64,000 nt of DNA, taken from assembly GCA_029856155.1 (NCBI GenBank), contig JAHQWL010000088.1, positions 25,459 through 89,458 of the forward strand, read 5' to 3'. This stretch comes from Promethearchaeia archaeon (lineage in GTDB: Archaea; Asgardarchaeota; Lokiarchaeia; Sigyniarchaeales; SOKP01). The translations under genes were made by a program, and so were the position numbers. Below, piece after piece: positions 49,266-57,621 of this stretch (position 1 is its first letter; each line of letters begins with the position of its first letter). A model generated the notes under the pieces. It was not told the DNA's origin and did not search any database. It saw nothing but the letters and a program-made list of their open reading frames with translations.

Positions 49266-49975
49266 TTAGATAAGGGTTGAATGACACGAGCTACAAAATT
49301 TACGAGTGGCATCGTTTACGGCTCCACACGTTTGACAAATGATTTTAGTTGATCTTTTCTCTTTTCTTTCAGCTGCTTTTTCTGCTTTAAATTTTGCTAA
49401 TTTTTCCGAGACTTCTCTTACTTCTTTTTCTTTAGCTTCTCTTTCTGCTTTTCTTATAGCTTCTTCTTCTGCTCTTTCTTTAGCTAATTCTTCTGCTCTT
49501 TCTTTAGCTTCTTTTTCTCTCCTTTTCTTTCTTCCTTTTCTCTAGCTTATCTTTCTGCTCTTTCTTTAGCTTCTCTTTCTGCTCTTTCTCTAGCTTCTTT
49601 TTCTGCTTTTTCTCTAGCTTCTTTTTCTCTCACTTCTCTTTCCACTTTTTCTTTAGCTTCTCTTTCTGCTCTTTCTTTGGCTTCTTTCTCTCTCACTTCT
49701 CTTTCTACTTTCTCTCTAGCATCTCTTTCTATTCTCTCTTGTTCTTTCTTTTCTTTTCTTTGTTCCATTTTAAATTTAACTTTTTCTTTACTTTCTCCAA
49801 CTCTGTCTTTTAGCTTTGATGCAAATTTACCCAAACTATCTTTTGTACCACCTAATTTACCTTTTAATTTTGATTTACCAGTAGTTTCAGTTTTTTCTTC
49901 CTTTTCTTCTGAATTTTCTGAAACATTATCAGTATCTTTTTTATTATTTATTTCATTCATTTGGATTTGTACCAT
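49266..49975 (-). pseudogene. Glu/Arg/Lys-rich helical-repeat protein with a C-terminal zinc ribbon, interrupted by a TAA and a frameshift
   Basis: EAKERAERE-type repeats; TAA at 49547-49549 where GAA is expected; repeats resume in another frame and end IICQTCGAVNDATRKFCSSCHSTLI* at 49266. Confidence 0.7.
49433..49735 (-). repeat. Degenerate tandem coding repeats (12/24-nt periodicity, purine-rich on the - strand)
   Basis: Recurring ctttctgctctttctttagcttc and ctcacttctctttc units. Confidence 0.8.
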
Positions 49976-50107
49976 TTAATTAGTTTTATTAGATAAGATT
50001 AATATCGACTAGAATAGTATTTTATTTTTATTATTTTGCTTAAGCATAATTCAGTGTTTAAAAATATTTGAAATTTTTTAAAAATACGAAATCGGAGTAT
50101 AAGAAAT

Positions 50108-50629
50108 ATGTTTGTTGATATTAAAAATGAATTTAAAGGCATTATTTCTGTAATTGGAGCTAGTGATATTGATACAAAAACAGAGGAAATCACTTTTGAA
50201 ATTGGACGTTTACTTGCTCAAAACAAATTTATTGTCGCCTGTGGAGGGCTTTCTGGAGTAATGGAAGCTGTTTGCAGAGGAGCAAAAGAAGAAAATGGAT
50301 TAACTATTGGAATAATTCCTCATGTAGAAAAATCGATGGCAAATAAATACATTGATATTGTTATTCCATGTCCATTTTCACAGGCAAGAAATATTGTTGT
50401 TGTTCTCTGCGGAGATGCTTGCTTAGCTATTAGTGGCAAAGCAGGTACGTTATCTGAAATTTGCTTTGCTTGGATTTATCAAAAGCCAATTTTAGCGCTG
50501 ACTAGCGTCAAAGGATGGTCTTCAAAAATAGCAAATCAGAAATTAGACGATAGGAGACTTGATATGGTTTATGGTGTTGAGACCCCCCTAGAAGCTATTA
50601 CGAAAATAAAAGAATTACTTAATAAATAA
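50108..50629 (+). CDS. LOG-superfamily Rossmann protein (TIGR00725-like)
   Basis: CGGLSGVMEAVCRGA, TIGIIP, ARN, GTLSE. Confidence 0.88.
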   Translation: MFVDIKNEFKGIISVIGASDIDTKTEEITFEIGRLLAQNKFIVACGGLSGVMEAVCRGAKEENGLTIGIIPHVEKSMANKYIDIVIPCPFSQARNIVVVLCGDACLAISGKAGTLSEICFAWIYQKPILALTSVKGWSSKIANQKLDDRRLDMVYGVETPLEAITKIKELLNK

Positions 50630-50784
50630 TATGTAAATTTTTTCTCTTTTTGATTATAGAAATTATATTTATATAGGTATTTTTACAAGATATTAAATAA
50701 TGGAAAATCTAAAATAGCATGCTTAAATTTATTATCTTACAAAAAGAATATATTTATATTTAAATTATTTTTATAAGTTTAAAG

Positions 50785-51765
50785 GTGAAATACACTTTGG
50801 AAAAGAATCTTAAACAATCAATTTTATACTTGAAAAAGGAAGAACCCCCCAAACCTGAAATTTCAAAAATTCTATTCACTGGCCTTGATGAAGCAGGAAA
50901 GACAAGTATTATTCTCGCCCTTCAAAGAGAATTTTCTAAAATTGCAATTCTTTCTCCAACTCGAGGAGCTCAGAAAAGAATATTTGATTTTCTTGGTAAA
51001 GAAATATCAGAATGGGACCTAGGAGGTCAATTAAGTTACAGAATTGCCTATTTAAAGAATCCTGGTAAATATTTCGAAGGAACTGAAATTGCCATTTATG
51101 TAATTGATATCCAAAATAAACCTCGAATACCTGAAGCTATAAGTTATTTTAAAGACGTATTAGAGCAGTTTAAAAAATTAGAAATAAAACCCCCAATATA
51201 TGTGTTTCTTCATAAATATGATCCCGCATTAAGGAGAAGTGCACAAAATGAAATGGAATCATTAATAATCGATATAAAAGATAAACTTAGAGCTACTGAA
51301 TATAAGGAATTATATTATTATGAAACGTCCATTTATGATTTTGGCTCCATTATTACTGCTATGTCTGAAATCCTTTTAAGCTTATATCCAAAATCAGAAT
51401 TAATCGAAAAAACTATTGTAGAATTTGCTAAGAAAGTTGACTCAGAAGGAGTTGTTATAATTGATGATAATTCTCTTATAATTGGATCCTATTATAAGGA
51501 TGATGAAACCAAACATCTGCTGACAGCTAGCACGCCTTATTTTTTAACACTTAATGATTCATTCCAGTACACTGGTGTATCAGAAGATAGATTTGAAAGT
51601 AGAATGATAGTCCAAAGATTTGGTAAAAATTTCATATTTAAACAAATCACACTAAAGAAAGATTCAGATCCATACTATCTTATACTTTTAAAGGAAGATC
51701 CCGTTTTTCATAAAGAAGATCTTGAATCTTTCGCAAATTTATTAAAGGAGATTCTTTACAAATAG
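50785..51765 (+). CDS. Rag/Arf-like GTPase with a C-terminal roadblock-like domain
   Basis: GLDEAGKT, PTRG, WDLGGQ, HKYD, TSIYD; VVIIDDNSLIIG; true start may be TTG 50797. Confidence 0.85.
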   Translation: MKYTLEKNLKQSILYLKKEEPPKPEISKILFTGLDEAGKTSIILALQREFSKIAILSPTRGAQKRIFDFLGKEISEWDLGGQLSYRIAYLKNPGKYFEGTEIAIYVIDIQNKPRIPEAISYFKDVLEQFKKLEIKPPIYVFLHKYDPALRRSAQNEMESLIIDIKDKLRATEYKELYYYETSIYDFGSIITAMSEILLSLYPKSELIEKTIVEFAKKVDSEGVVIIDDNSLIIGSYYKDDETKHLLTASTPYFLTLNDSFQYTGVSEDRFESRMIVQRFGKNFIFKQITLKKDSDPYYLILLKEDPVFHKEDLESFANLLKEILYK

Positions 51766-51973
51766 ATTATTCTAATTCTTTTCATTTCCTACTAAAAAGG
51801 TTTTACCTTCATTTTATAATTACCAACATTAATAAAATTAAATTTTTATTTATATTTTATATTATTAAAAACAAAAAATCTAACTTCATTATTAGATCTA
51901 AAGAATCTTTTCGTTAGTTAAATACAAAGATAGAGAAAATTAATTAAACTTATCTGGAAGTGGAAATACCTCA

Positions 51974-53056
51974 TTGATTATATGTCAGAATTGTGGTACT
52001 ACAAATAATGAAAATGTCAATCGCGTCTGTAGAACGTGTGGTGCCTTATTACCAGTTCCAATAAAGCATCATAAACCCATAGATCAAAAAACTGGGAAAG
52101 AAAAGAAAAAAGAAAAAAAAAAAGCTGAAAAACCCGCAAAAGTATCAATTGAAACTGAGAAGAAGAAAGAAGAAAAATTAGATTTACATGAAATTCCTAA
52201 AGAACCAGAGATACGAGAGAATCAAATGAAGTTGCAAGAAATTCCTCCATCATCTAATAACATATTAGAAAGTAGTTCCTTAAGAGAAAATGGTTCTAGC
52301 TTAGAAGAAAGTGAATCAAAAGGCTTACAAGAAATTACTCCGCAACCTTTTAAAGGTTCTATTTTTAATTCTCAAAAGAATATGATATCCCCACCATCTC
52401 TACCTACTAGTTCTAAAGATGTTATTTCAGATGCTTTTTTAGAACTTAAAAATTCTGTTTTAGATAAAAATGATAAGAAATCTTCTGTTGAATTATCTCC
52501 AATCCCAGTAGAGTCTAATGAAAGTGATGCAGCTGTTTTAAAACAAAAACGATTAGAAAAGGATATGACTGAGGTGTTAGGATTTCTTTCTAAAAAAATT
52601 TCGGTTAAAAAATTAGAAATTCCTAAGGTGAAACCCTCTTATCAAAAAGATCAAGAGGAAAAAATACCACCTGCTAGTATGAATGAAATTTTAAAGCAAC
52701 TATTGCAATTAGATTTAAATATTGAAGCATCAGCCATAATAAAAACTGATGGGGCTATATTGGCATCTGCGATATCCAGTAGAATTTCTGATTCTCTTTT
52801 TGCGACAGTTGGAATGAACCTTTCAATGATAGGAACTGATATAATAGAGGGATTAAATGCTGGTTTATTAAAATCAATTTCAGTTAGAGGAACTGAAGGT
52901 GTATTGGATTTAGCTCCAATCGATCAAAATAATCCTAATGTTAAAGATATGCTTTTAATATTGTTTTCTCATCCAAAAATTAAAAGCGGAATAATCGCTT
53001 TTGCTGTTCATATAGTAAAAAAGCAATTAAAGGAATATTTAGGGTTAAAACTATAA
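51974..53056 (+). CDS. Zinc ribbon + long low-complexity linker + roadblock/LC7 (MglB-like) domain
   Basis: CQNCG..CRTCG; C-terminal IEASAIIKTDGAILAS..GLLKSISVRGTEG..SGII. Confidence 0.85.
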   Translation: MIICQNCGTTNNENVNRVCRTCGALLPVPIKHHKPIDQKTGKEKKKEKKKAEKPAKVSIETEKKKEEKLDLHEIPKEPEIRENQMKLQEIPPSSNNILESSSLRENGSSLEESESKGLQEITPQPFKGSIFNSQKNMISPPSLPTSSKDVISDAFLELKNSVLDKNDKKSSVELSPIPVESNESDAAVLKQKRLEKDMTEVLGFLSKKISVKKLEIPKVKPSYQKDQEEKIPPASMNEILKQLLQLDLNIEASAIIKTDGAILASAISSRISDSLFATVGMNLSMIGTDIIEGLNAGLLKSISVRGTEGVLDLAPIDQNNPNVKDMLLILFSHPKIKSGIIAFAVHIVKKQLKEYLGLKL

Positions 53057-53085
53057 ATTTTATTTAAAATGGATTAATTATATTT

Positions 53086-53880
53086 TTAAAATAGACTTTT
53101 TTGTAGATTTATCTTATTGATTCGAAGAAATTTGAAATAGTGTAAATTTTTTTGTAATTCCTGTAAAAAGGAATTTAATTCATATATTGAAACTAGAGGA
53201 ATTTGATTATTATTTAATTTAATACTGTTGTCTTCAACAGTAACCATAAGAGGTATTAATAAAAATGGTAATTTCTTCCGTAAATTCAGGGTATTGCTTA
53301 ATAATTCTTGAATAAGGTTTGAAAATATTTCTGGATTTTTTTTTAATGCGATTGCTCTACGATATTGTAAAGCTGCTGCTTTATTGATAGCGCTAAATGA
53401 ATCTTTACGTTTCCATTGTTTTGCATCAATAAGTAATACAAAATTAGAAGATATGCCAATAATATCAATTTCATATCTTTTTTGGGACGTTTCTGATTTA
53501 AAAGATGATTTATCTGAAAATCTAAAATTCTTTTTGGTAAGATAATTGTTTTTTGAAAGGATTTCTTTTACAAGAATTTCAAAACCATCAAAATTTAAGA
53601 TCTCAGTCATTTTTCTAATATCTAGTTGTATTATATTAATAGCTTCTATAATAAACATAATTTTATTGACAACAAGATATTGAAGATAATTACCTTTCTT
53701 AAATGAAATAAAATTGAGACGTTCTACAATATTTCTTAGTTTATAATTATCAAGTTGTTTTAGAAATGGAATGTCTGATAGCTCACACCAAACTTCAATA
53801 ACAGTTCTATCAGTTTCTATTAAGAAATGATAGATTTGAATGCATAGTTGTCTTAATGATGCTTCCGTTAAATAGTCCAT
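53086..53880 (-). CDS. PD-(D/E)XK nuclease-like protein (Mrr/NERD-like)
   Basis: FEILVKEIL, YEIDIIG, LLIDAKQW. Confidence 0.75.
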   Translation of the reverse strand: MDYLTEASLRQLCIQIYHFLIETDRTVIEVWCELSDIPFLKQLDNYKLRNIVERLNFISFKKGNYLQYLVVNKIMFIIEAINIIQLDIRKMTEILNFDGFEILVKEILSKNNYLTKKNFRFSDKSSFKSETSQKRYEIDIIGISSNFVLLIDAKQWKRKDSFSAINKAAALQYRRAIALKKNPEIFSNLIQELLSNTLNLRKKLPFLLIPLMVTVEDNSIKLNNNQIPLVSIYELNSFLQELQKNLHYFKFLRINKINLQKSLF

Positions 53881-54175
53881 AATTCTTGATAAATTGTAAA
53901 GTTAAAATAAGATACGGAGGGTATAAGAATTCTAAAAATTCTCTCGAGAATAAATATATTTATTGATTCCTATAAAATTAATTTTTAAATTTAGAGTTGA
54001 GAACGACAATAATCAGAAAAGCAATATTATGTAAATTTAATGTATTGGAACACATTTTCTTATTTGTATATTTTTAAATTTAATCAGTTAATAATTTTTT
54101 ATTTAAAATCTCTTAAATATTATAATTCAGTGAGTGTGTTTTTAATTAAAATAATAAAAAAAATACAAGATAAAT

Positions 54176-55981
54176 ATGGATTTATTACCTAAAGTATTTA
54201 GAACTGAGGGAAATGTTACTGAATTCGATCCATCCAAGATTTTCGAAAGTATCCTAAAGGAAACCAGAATGAGTGAAGAAAATGCAAAAAATATCACTGA
54301 ATTAGTTGTGAGAAGAATAATTAGCTCTGGCATAAAATTTCTATCAGGACCTCATATAAGAGAAATTGTATGTTCAATACTTTCTGAAGAACATTTTGAA
54401 AATGAACGAAAATTATACACTCGAATTGGAATGCCATTAATGGACTATGAAAAGATTCTTGAAAAAGGTCCAAGTGATAAGCCAAATGAACAGATAAATC
54501 CTGAAAAGATTCATCACTGGGCAGCCGATCGTATAGCTGAAGAATATGCCCATTTAAGAATATTAAATAATGAAGAGTCTAAAGCCCATTTATATGGTGA
54601 TATTCATATTAATGGACTAAATTACTTTGATTCAAGACCATTTAGTCAAGTTTGGGATCCTAGGTTTATTTTAAATGAAGATTTTCCTCCAATAGATAAT
54701 TTAAAAAATATTTACAAGCAAAAACCAGCAAATAATCTTATAGGTGCTTTAAAAAACCTTTCTAAATGGTTAGGAATAACACACAGTGAGTTCTATGGAA
54801 TTCAAGGATTTAATTTGATTAGTACTTTTTTAGCTCCATATGTGTATAAAATATCAGAAGAAAAAATAATGAAAGATCTGCGAGAATTTATTTATGAAAT
54901 TAACCATATTCCAATCATTATTGGACGCAGCATTTCAAAATCATTACTTTCCTCTTCATTTTCTATTCTTGACGCCTTTTTAGAAATCCCTGCCATAAAT
55001 CCTGGCGGAAAAACTGAAAAGGTCTATGGAGATTACCACGAAGAAAGTAAAAGGCTATTAAAGGCTCTTTTTCTTATTTTAAAAGAAGAATATTATAAAA
55101 ATCCTAATTCAATTCCCAATCATCAATCGATTTTAGATAATATATTAATAGATGAAATTAGTACTTTTGTACCAGGTTTTTGGGATGAGCCTGGTATAAT
55201 AAATTCAACCTATTTTATGAACCCTCGTCTAGATTTCTACAAAAAAAAATTAGTTGAGCATATATCGAATAATGGTCATTTTAATTATGGAACTCTTCAA
55301 AACATTACTTTAAACTTGCCTCGTTATTCTTACATGAGTAGAAATGAAGATGAATTTTTAGAATTGCTAAATTCAAAGCTTGATTTGTGTTCGGAAATTT
55401 TATTGAAGAAATTTAAAATAATTGAAAAAAGGATTAATTCAAATCATCTTCCTTTTTGTATAAGTAAAGTTAAGGGGGAGCCTATATTTAATATTAATAA
55501 TCAGAATTTATCAATAAGTATAGTTGGATTAAATGAATCGATTAAACATTTAATAAATTACGAGCTTCATGAGCATTCAGAGGCAATTAATCTAGGTAAA
55601 AAAATTCTAAATAATATATACATTAAATGTAGAGAATTATCTGATAGGGATACTAAACAATACATATTGAGTGAAAATCTTTCAGAAAAAGCGATTCACA
55701 GATTTACAAAATTGGATTTAAAACATTTTCCAAAGCAAATTAAATCATTATCTAATAAGACGGATTATAACTACACTAATTCTATTCATTATAGACACCG
55801 TATTGATGGTAATTTATTAAATATGCTGAAAGATCAAGGAGATTTTCATCAATTTATTCATAATGGTGCAGTTGAGTATATTTCCTTAAATAGTTTAAAA
55901 AAGAATGATTTAGTATTGAGAGATTTTATTGGAATAATTTGTAAGGACTCAAATTTATCATCAATGAAGTTTTATTCTTAA
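54176..55981 (+). CDS. ATP-cone protein homologous to class III ribonucleotide reductase NrdD, lacking the glycyl-radical C-terminus
   Basis: ATP cone FDPSKIFESIL..HIREIV; YTRIGMP, GDIHI, TLNLPR, IVGLNE, YTNSIH, HNGA; ends before the CxxC/RxxGY region. Confidence 0.8.
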   Translation: MDLLPKVFRTEGNVTEFDPSKIFESILKETRMSEENAKNITELVVRRIISSGIKFLSGPHIREIVCSILSEEHFENERKLYTRIGMPLMDYEKILEKGPSDKPNEQINPEKIHHWAADRIAEEYAHLRILNNEESKAHLYGDIHINGLNYFDSRPFSQVWDPRFILNEDFPPIDNLKNIYKQKPANNLIGALKNLSKWLGITHSEFYGIQGFNLISTFLAPYVYKISEEKIMKDLREFIYEINHIPIIIGRSISKSLLSSSFSILDAFLEIPAINPGGKTEKVYGDYHEESKRLLKALFLILKEEYYKNPNSIPNHQSILDNILIDEISTFVPGFWDEPGIINSTYFMNPRLDFYKKKLVEHISNNGHFNYGTLQNITLNLPRYSYMSRNEDEFLELLNSKLDLCSEILLKKFKIIEKRINSNHLPFCISKVKGEPIFNINNQNLSISIVGLNESIKHLINYELHEHSEAINLGKKILNNIYIKCRELSDRDTKQYILSENLSEKAIHRFTKLDLKHFPKQIKSLSNKTDYNYTNSIHYRHRIDGNLLNMLKDQGDFHQFIHNGAVEYISLNSLKKNDLVLRDFIGIICKDSNLSSMKFYS

Positions 55982-56139
55982 ACTGATTACTAACCGTATT
56001 TTTCTTAAAAAAAGTATTTAATAAGTATGGTTTTTTTGATTATATTGTAATAATATCTAGATTTTATAATATTTTAATTTAGAATTAAAATTCAATTTTA
56101 AATATAATAGGATTTTTCGAATATATAAGCGGGAATAAA

Positions 56140-57603
56140 TTGACAAATACAAAAGCTAATCATAAGAAAGGCAAACCCACCGAAGAAGAAACTTCTGATC
56201 TCAAATCTAATATAATAAAAGCAATTGTATTAAGTATTTTTGATGAGAATGGTCCTAGTCCCCATATCTTTTGGCCTAAAAATTTAGATGAAAGTGCAGG
56301 TCTTTTAATTGCCATGAAAACGATATCTCTCCTTATGGGAGATAGTACATATCAAAATGGAGAAACTACTGAAGGTGTGAATTATTTTGGAATATTGCCA
56401 TTCCCTGATCTGAAATTAAATGGTTTGACTTATTTTTTTCTCATTCCCGATGTAAAAGCTCGTGGTAAAGCTTTAGCAGCTACTATTACTGTATTGATAA
56501 ATGAAAATGACAGAGTATTCTTTTATGAGAATATGAAATACTTGAGAATCATCATAGATAAAACTGCAAACTTAATACAACTCAATAAGGAACATAATGA
56601 AAGAGAAAATATTATTGAAGATTTAAGAGAAGAACTTTTCGAGTTTACTATGGAACTAAAAGATCCGTTTTCAACGAGGAGACAAATAAAAATCTTACTT
56701 ACAGGGTTAGATAAGGCGGGAAAGACTAGCTTTGTGCATGGCATTAGGAGAAAATATTCTGAAATCATCAAGGCTTTACCAACTAAAGGCGTCGAGAGAA
56801 CTGAAGAAAATATTTTTGAAGAACAAAATTCTCTAATCTCAGTATGGGATTTAGGGGGACAAAAAAAATATCGCGAAAGATTCCTGGAGCAAAGTAAAAT
56901 ATATCTATATAATATTGATTTAATGTTTTTCTTCATAGATATTCAAGATGTAGATAGGATACATGAAGCTCTTGACCTGTTTAGGACGATTTTGAACTCT
57001 TTAATAGAATTAGAAGAATTTCCGCCAATTGTTTCATGCGTACATAAATTCGACCCTGACTTGAAAGGATCAAAAGACATATTTAAAAGCTTGGAAATTA
57101 TTGCTGATGGGATCAAAGAGAATTCCGAGAGGTTTTTTATTAAAATTTTCCAAACTAGTATTTTTGATCATTGGAGCCTTATTACGGCATATTCTTATGG
57201 ATTATCACAGTTAAGTACAAATCGTGAACTATTCAGAAATCAATTAAAAAAGTTTGCTAAAAAAACTAATTCAGATGCTATTCTACTATTAAACGAAAAT
57301 GGAATTATTCTATCCAGTTTCTCCAAAACCGATATTTCTGGAAAAGTTTTCGAAATTTCTGCTCCACATTTTCAAAGTTTATATAAGAACTTTAAAGAAT
57401 ACAAATTATTAGAGCAAGATTTTATAGTAACGTCTGGTATTACTGATGAGTCTAAAAAAGTAATCTTCCAAAAAATAAAAGTTGAAAAATATAATTTGTA
57501 TCTACTTCTATTTTTAGAAAAGTCTTCTGAAATTGAGAAAATTGAAAAAAACTTACCAGATTTTTCAAAAAATCTAGTTGACTTAATTCATACATACATA
57601 TAA
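56140..57603 (+). CDS. Folliculin-like uDENN/longin domain + Rag/Arf-like GTPase + roadblock-like domain
   Basis: FDENGPSP..LPFPD..FFLIPDVKARG; GLDKAGKT, PTKG, WDLGGQ, HKFD, TSIFD; ILLLNENGIILS. Confidence 0.85.
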   Translation: MTNTKANHKKGKPTEEETSDLKSNIIKAIVLSIFDENGPSPHIFWPKNLDESAGLLIAMKTISLLMGDSTYQNGETTEGVNYFGILPFPDLKLNGLTYFFLIPDVKARGKALAATITVLINENDRVFFYENMKYLRIIIDKTANLIQLNKEHNERENIIEDLREELFEFTMELKDPFSTRRQIKILLTGLDKAGKTSFVHGIRRKYSEIIKALPTKGVERTEENIFEEQNSLISVWDLGGQKKYRERFLEQSKIYLYNIDLMFFFIDIQDVDRIHEALDLFRTILNSLIELEEFPPIVSCVHKFDPDLKGSKDIFKSLEIIADGIKENSERFFIKIFQTSIFDHWSLITAYSYGLSQLSTNRELFRNQLKKFAKKTNSDAILLLNENGIILSSFSKTDISGKVFEISAPHFQSLYKNFKEYKLLEQDFIVTSGITDESKKVIFQKIKVEKYNLYLLLFLEKSSEIEKIEKNLPDFSKNLVDLIHTYI

Positions 57604-57621
57604 GAAAATAAAAAAAAATAT

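Noticed and set aside
49433-49735. Repeat tract as a CRISPR array
   Set aside because: The units are degenerate, codon-phased and lack unique spacers; no cas genes are present.
53086-53880. Nuclease as part of a restriction-modification or defence island
   Set aside because: No DNA methyltransferase or other defence gene is adjacent; it looks like a solitary archaeal PD-(D/E)XK protein.
54176-55981. Functional nrdD, or an nrdD split by a frameshift
   Set aside because: No glycyl-radical or zinc-site coding sequence is visible in the 158 nt before the next gene, so no gene symbol was assigned.
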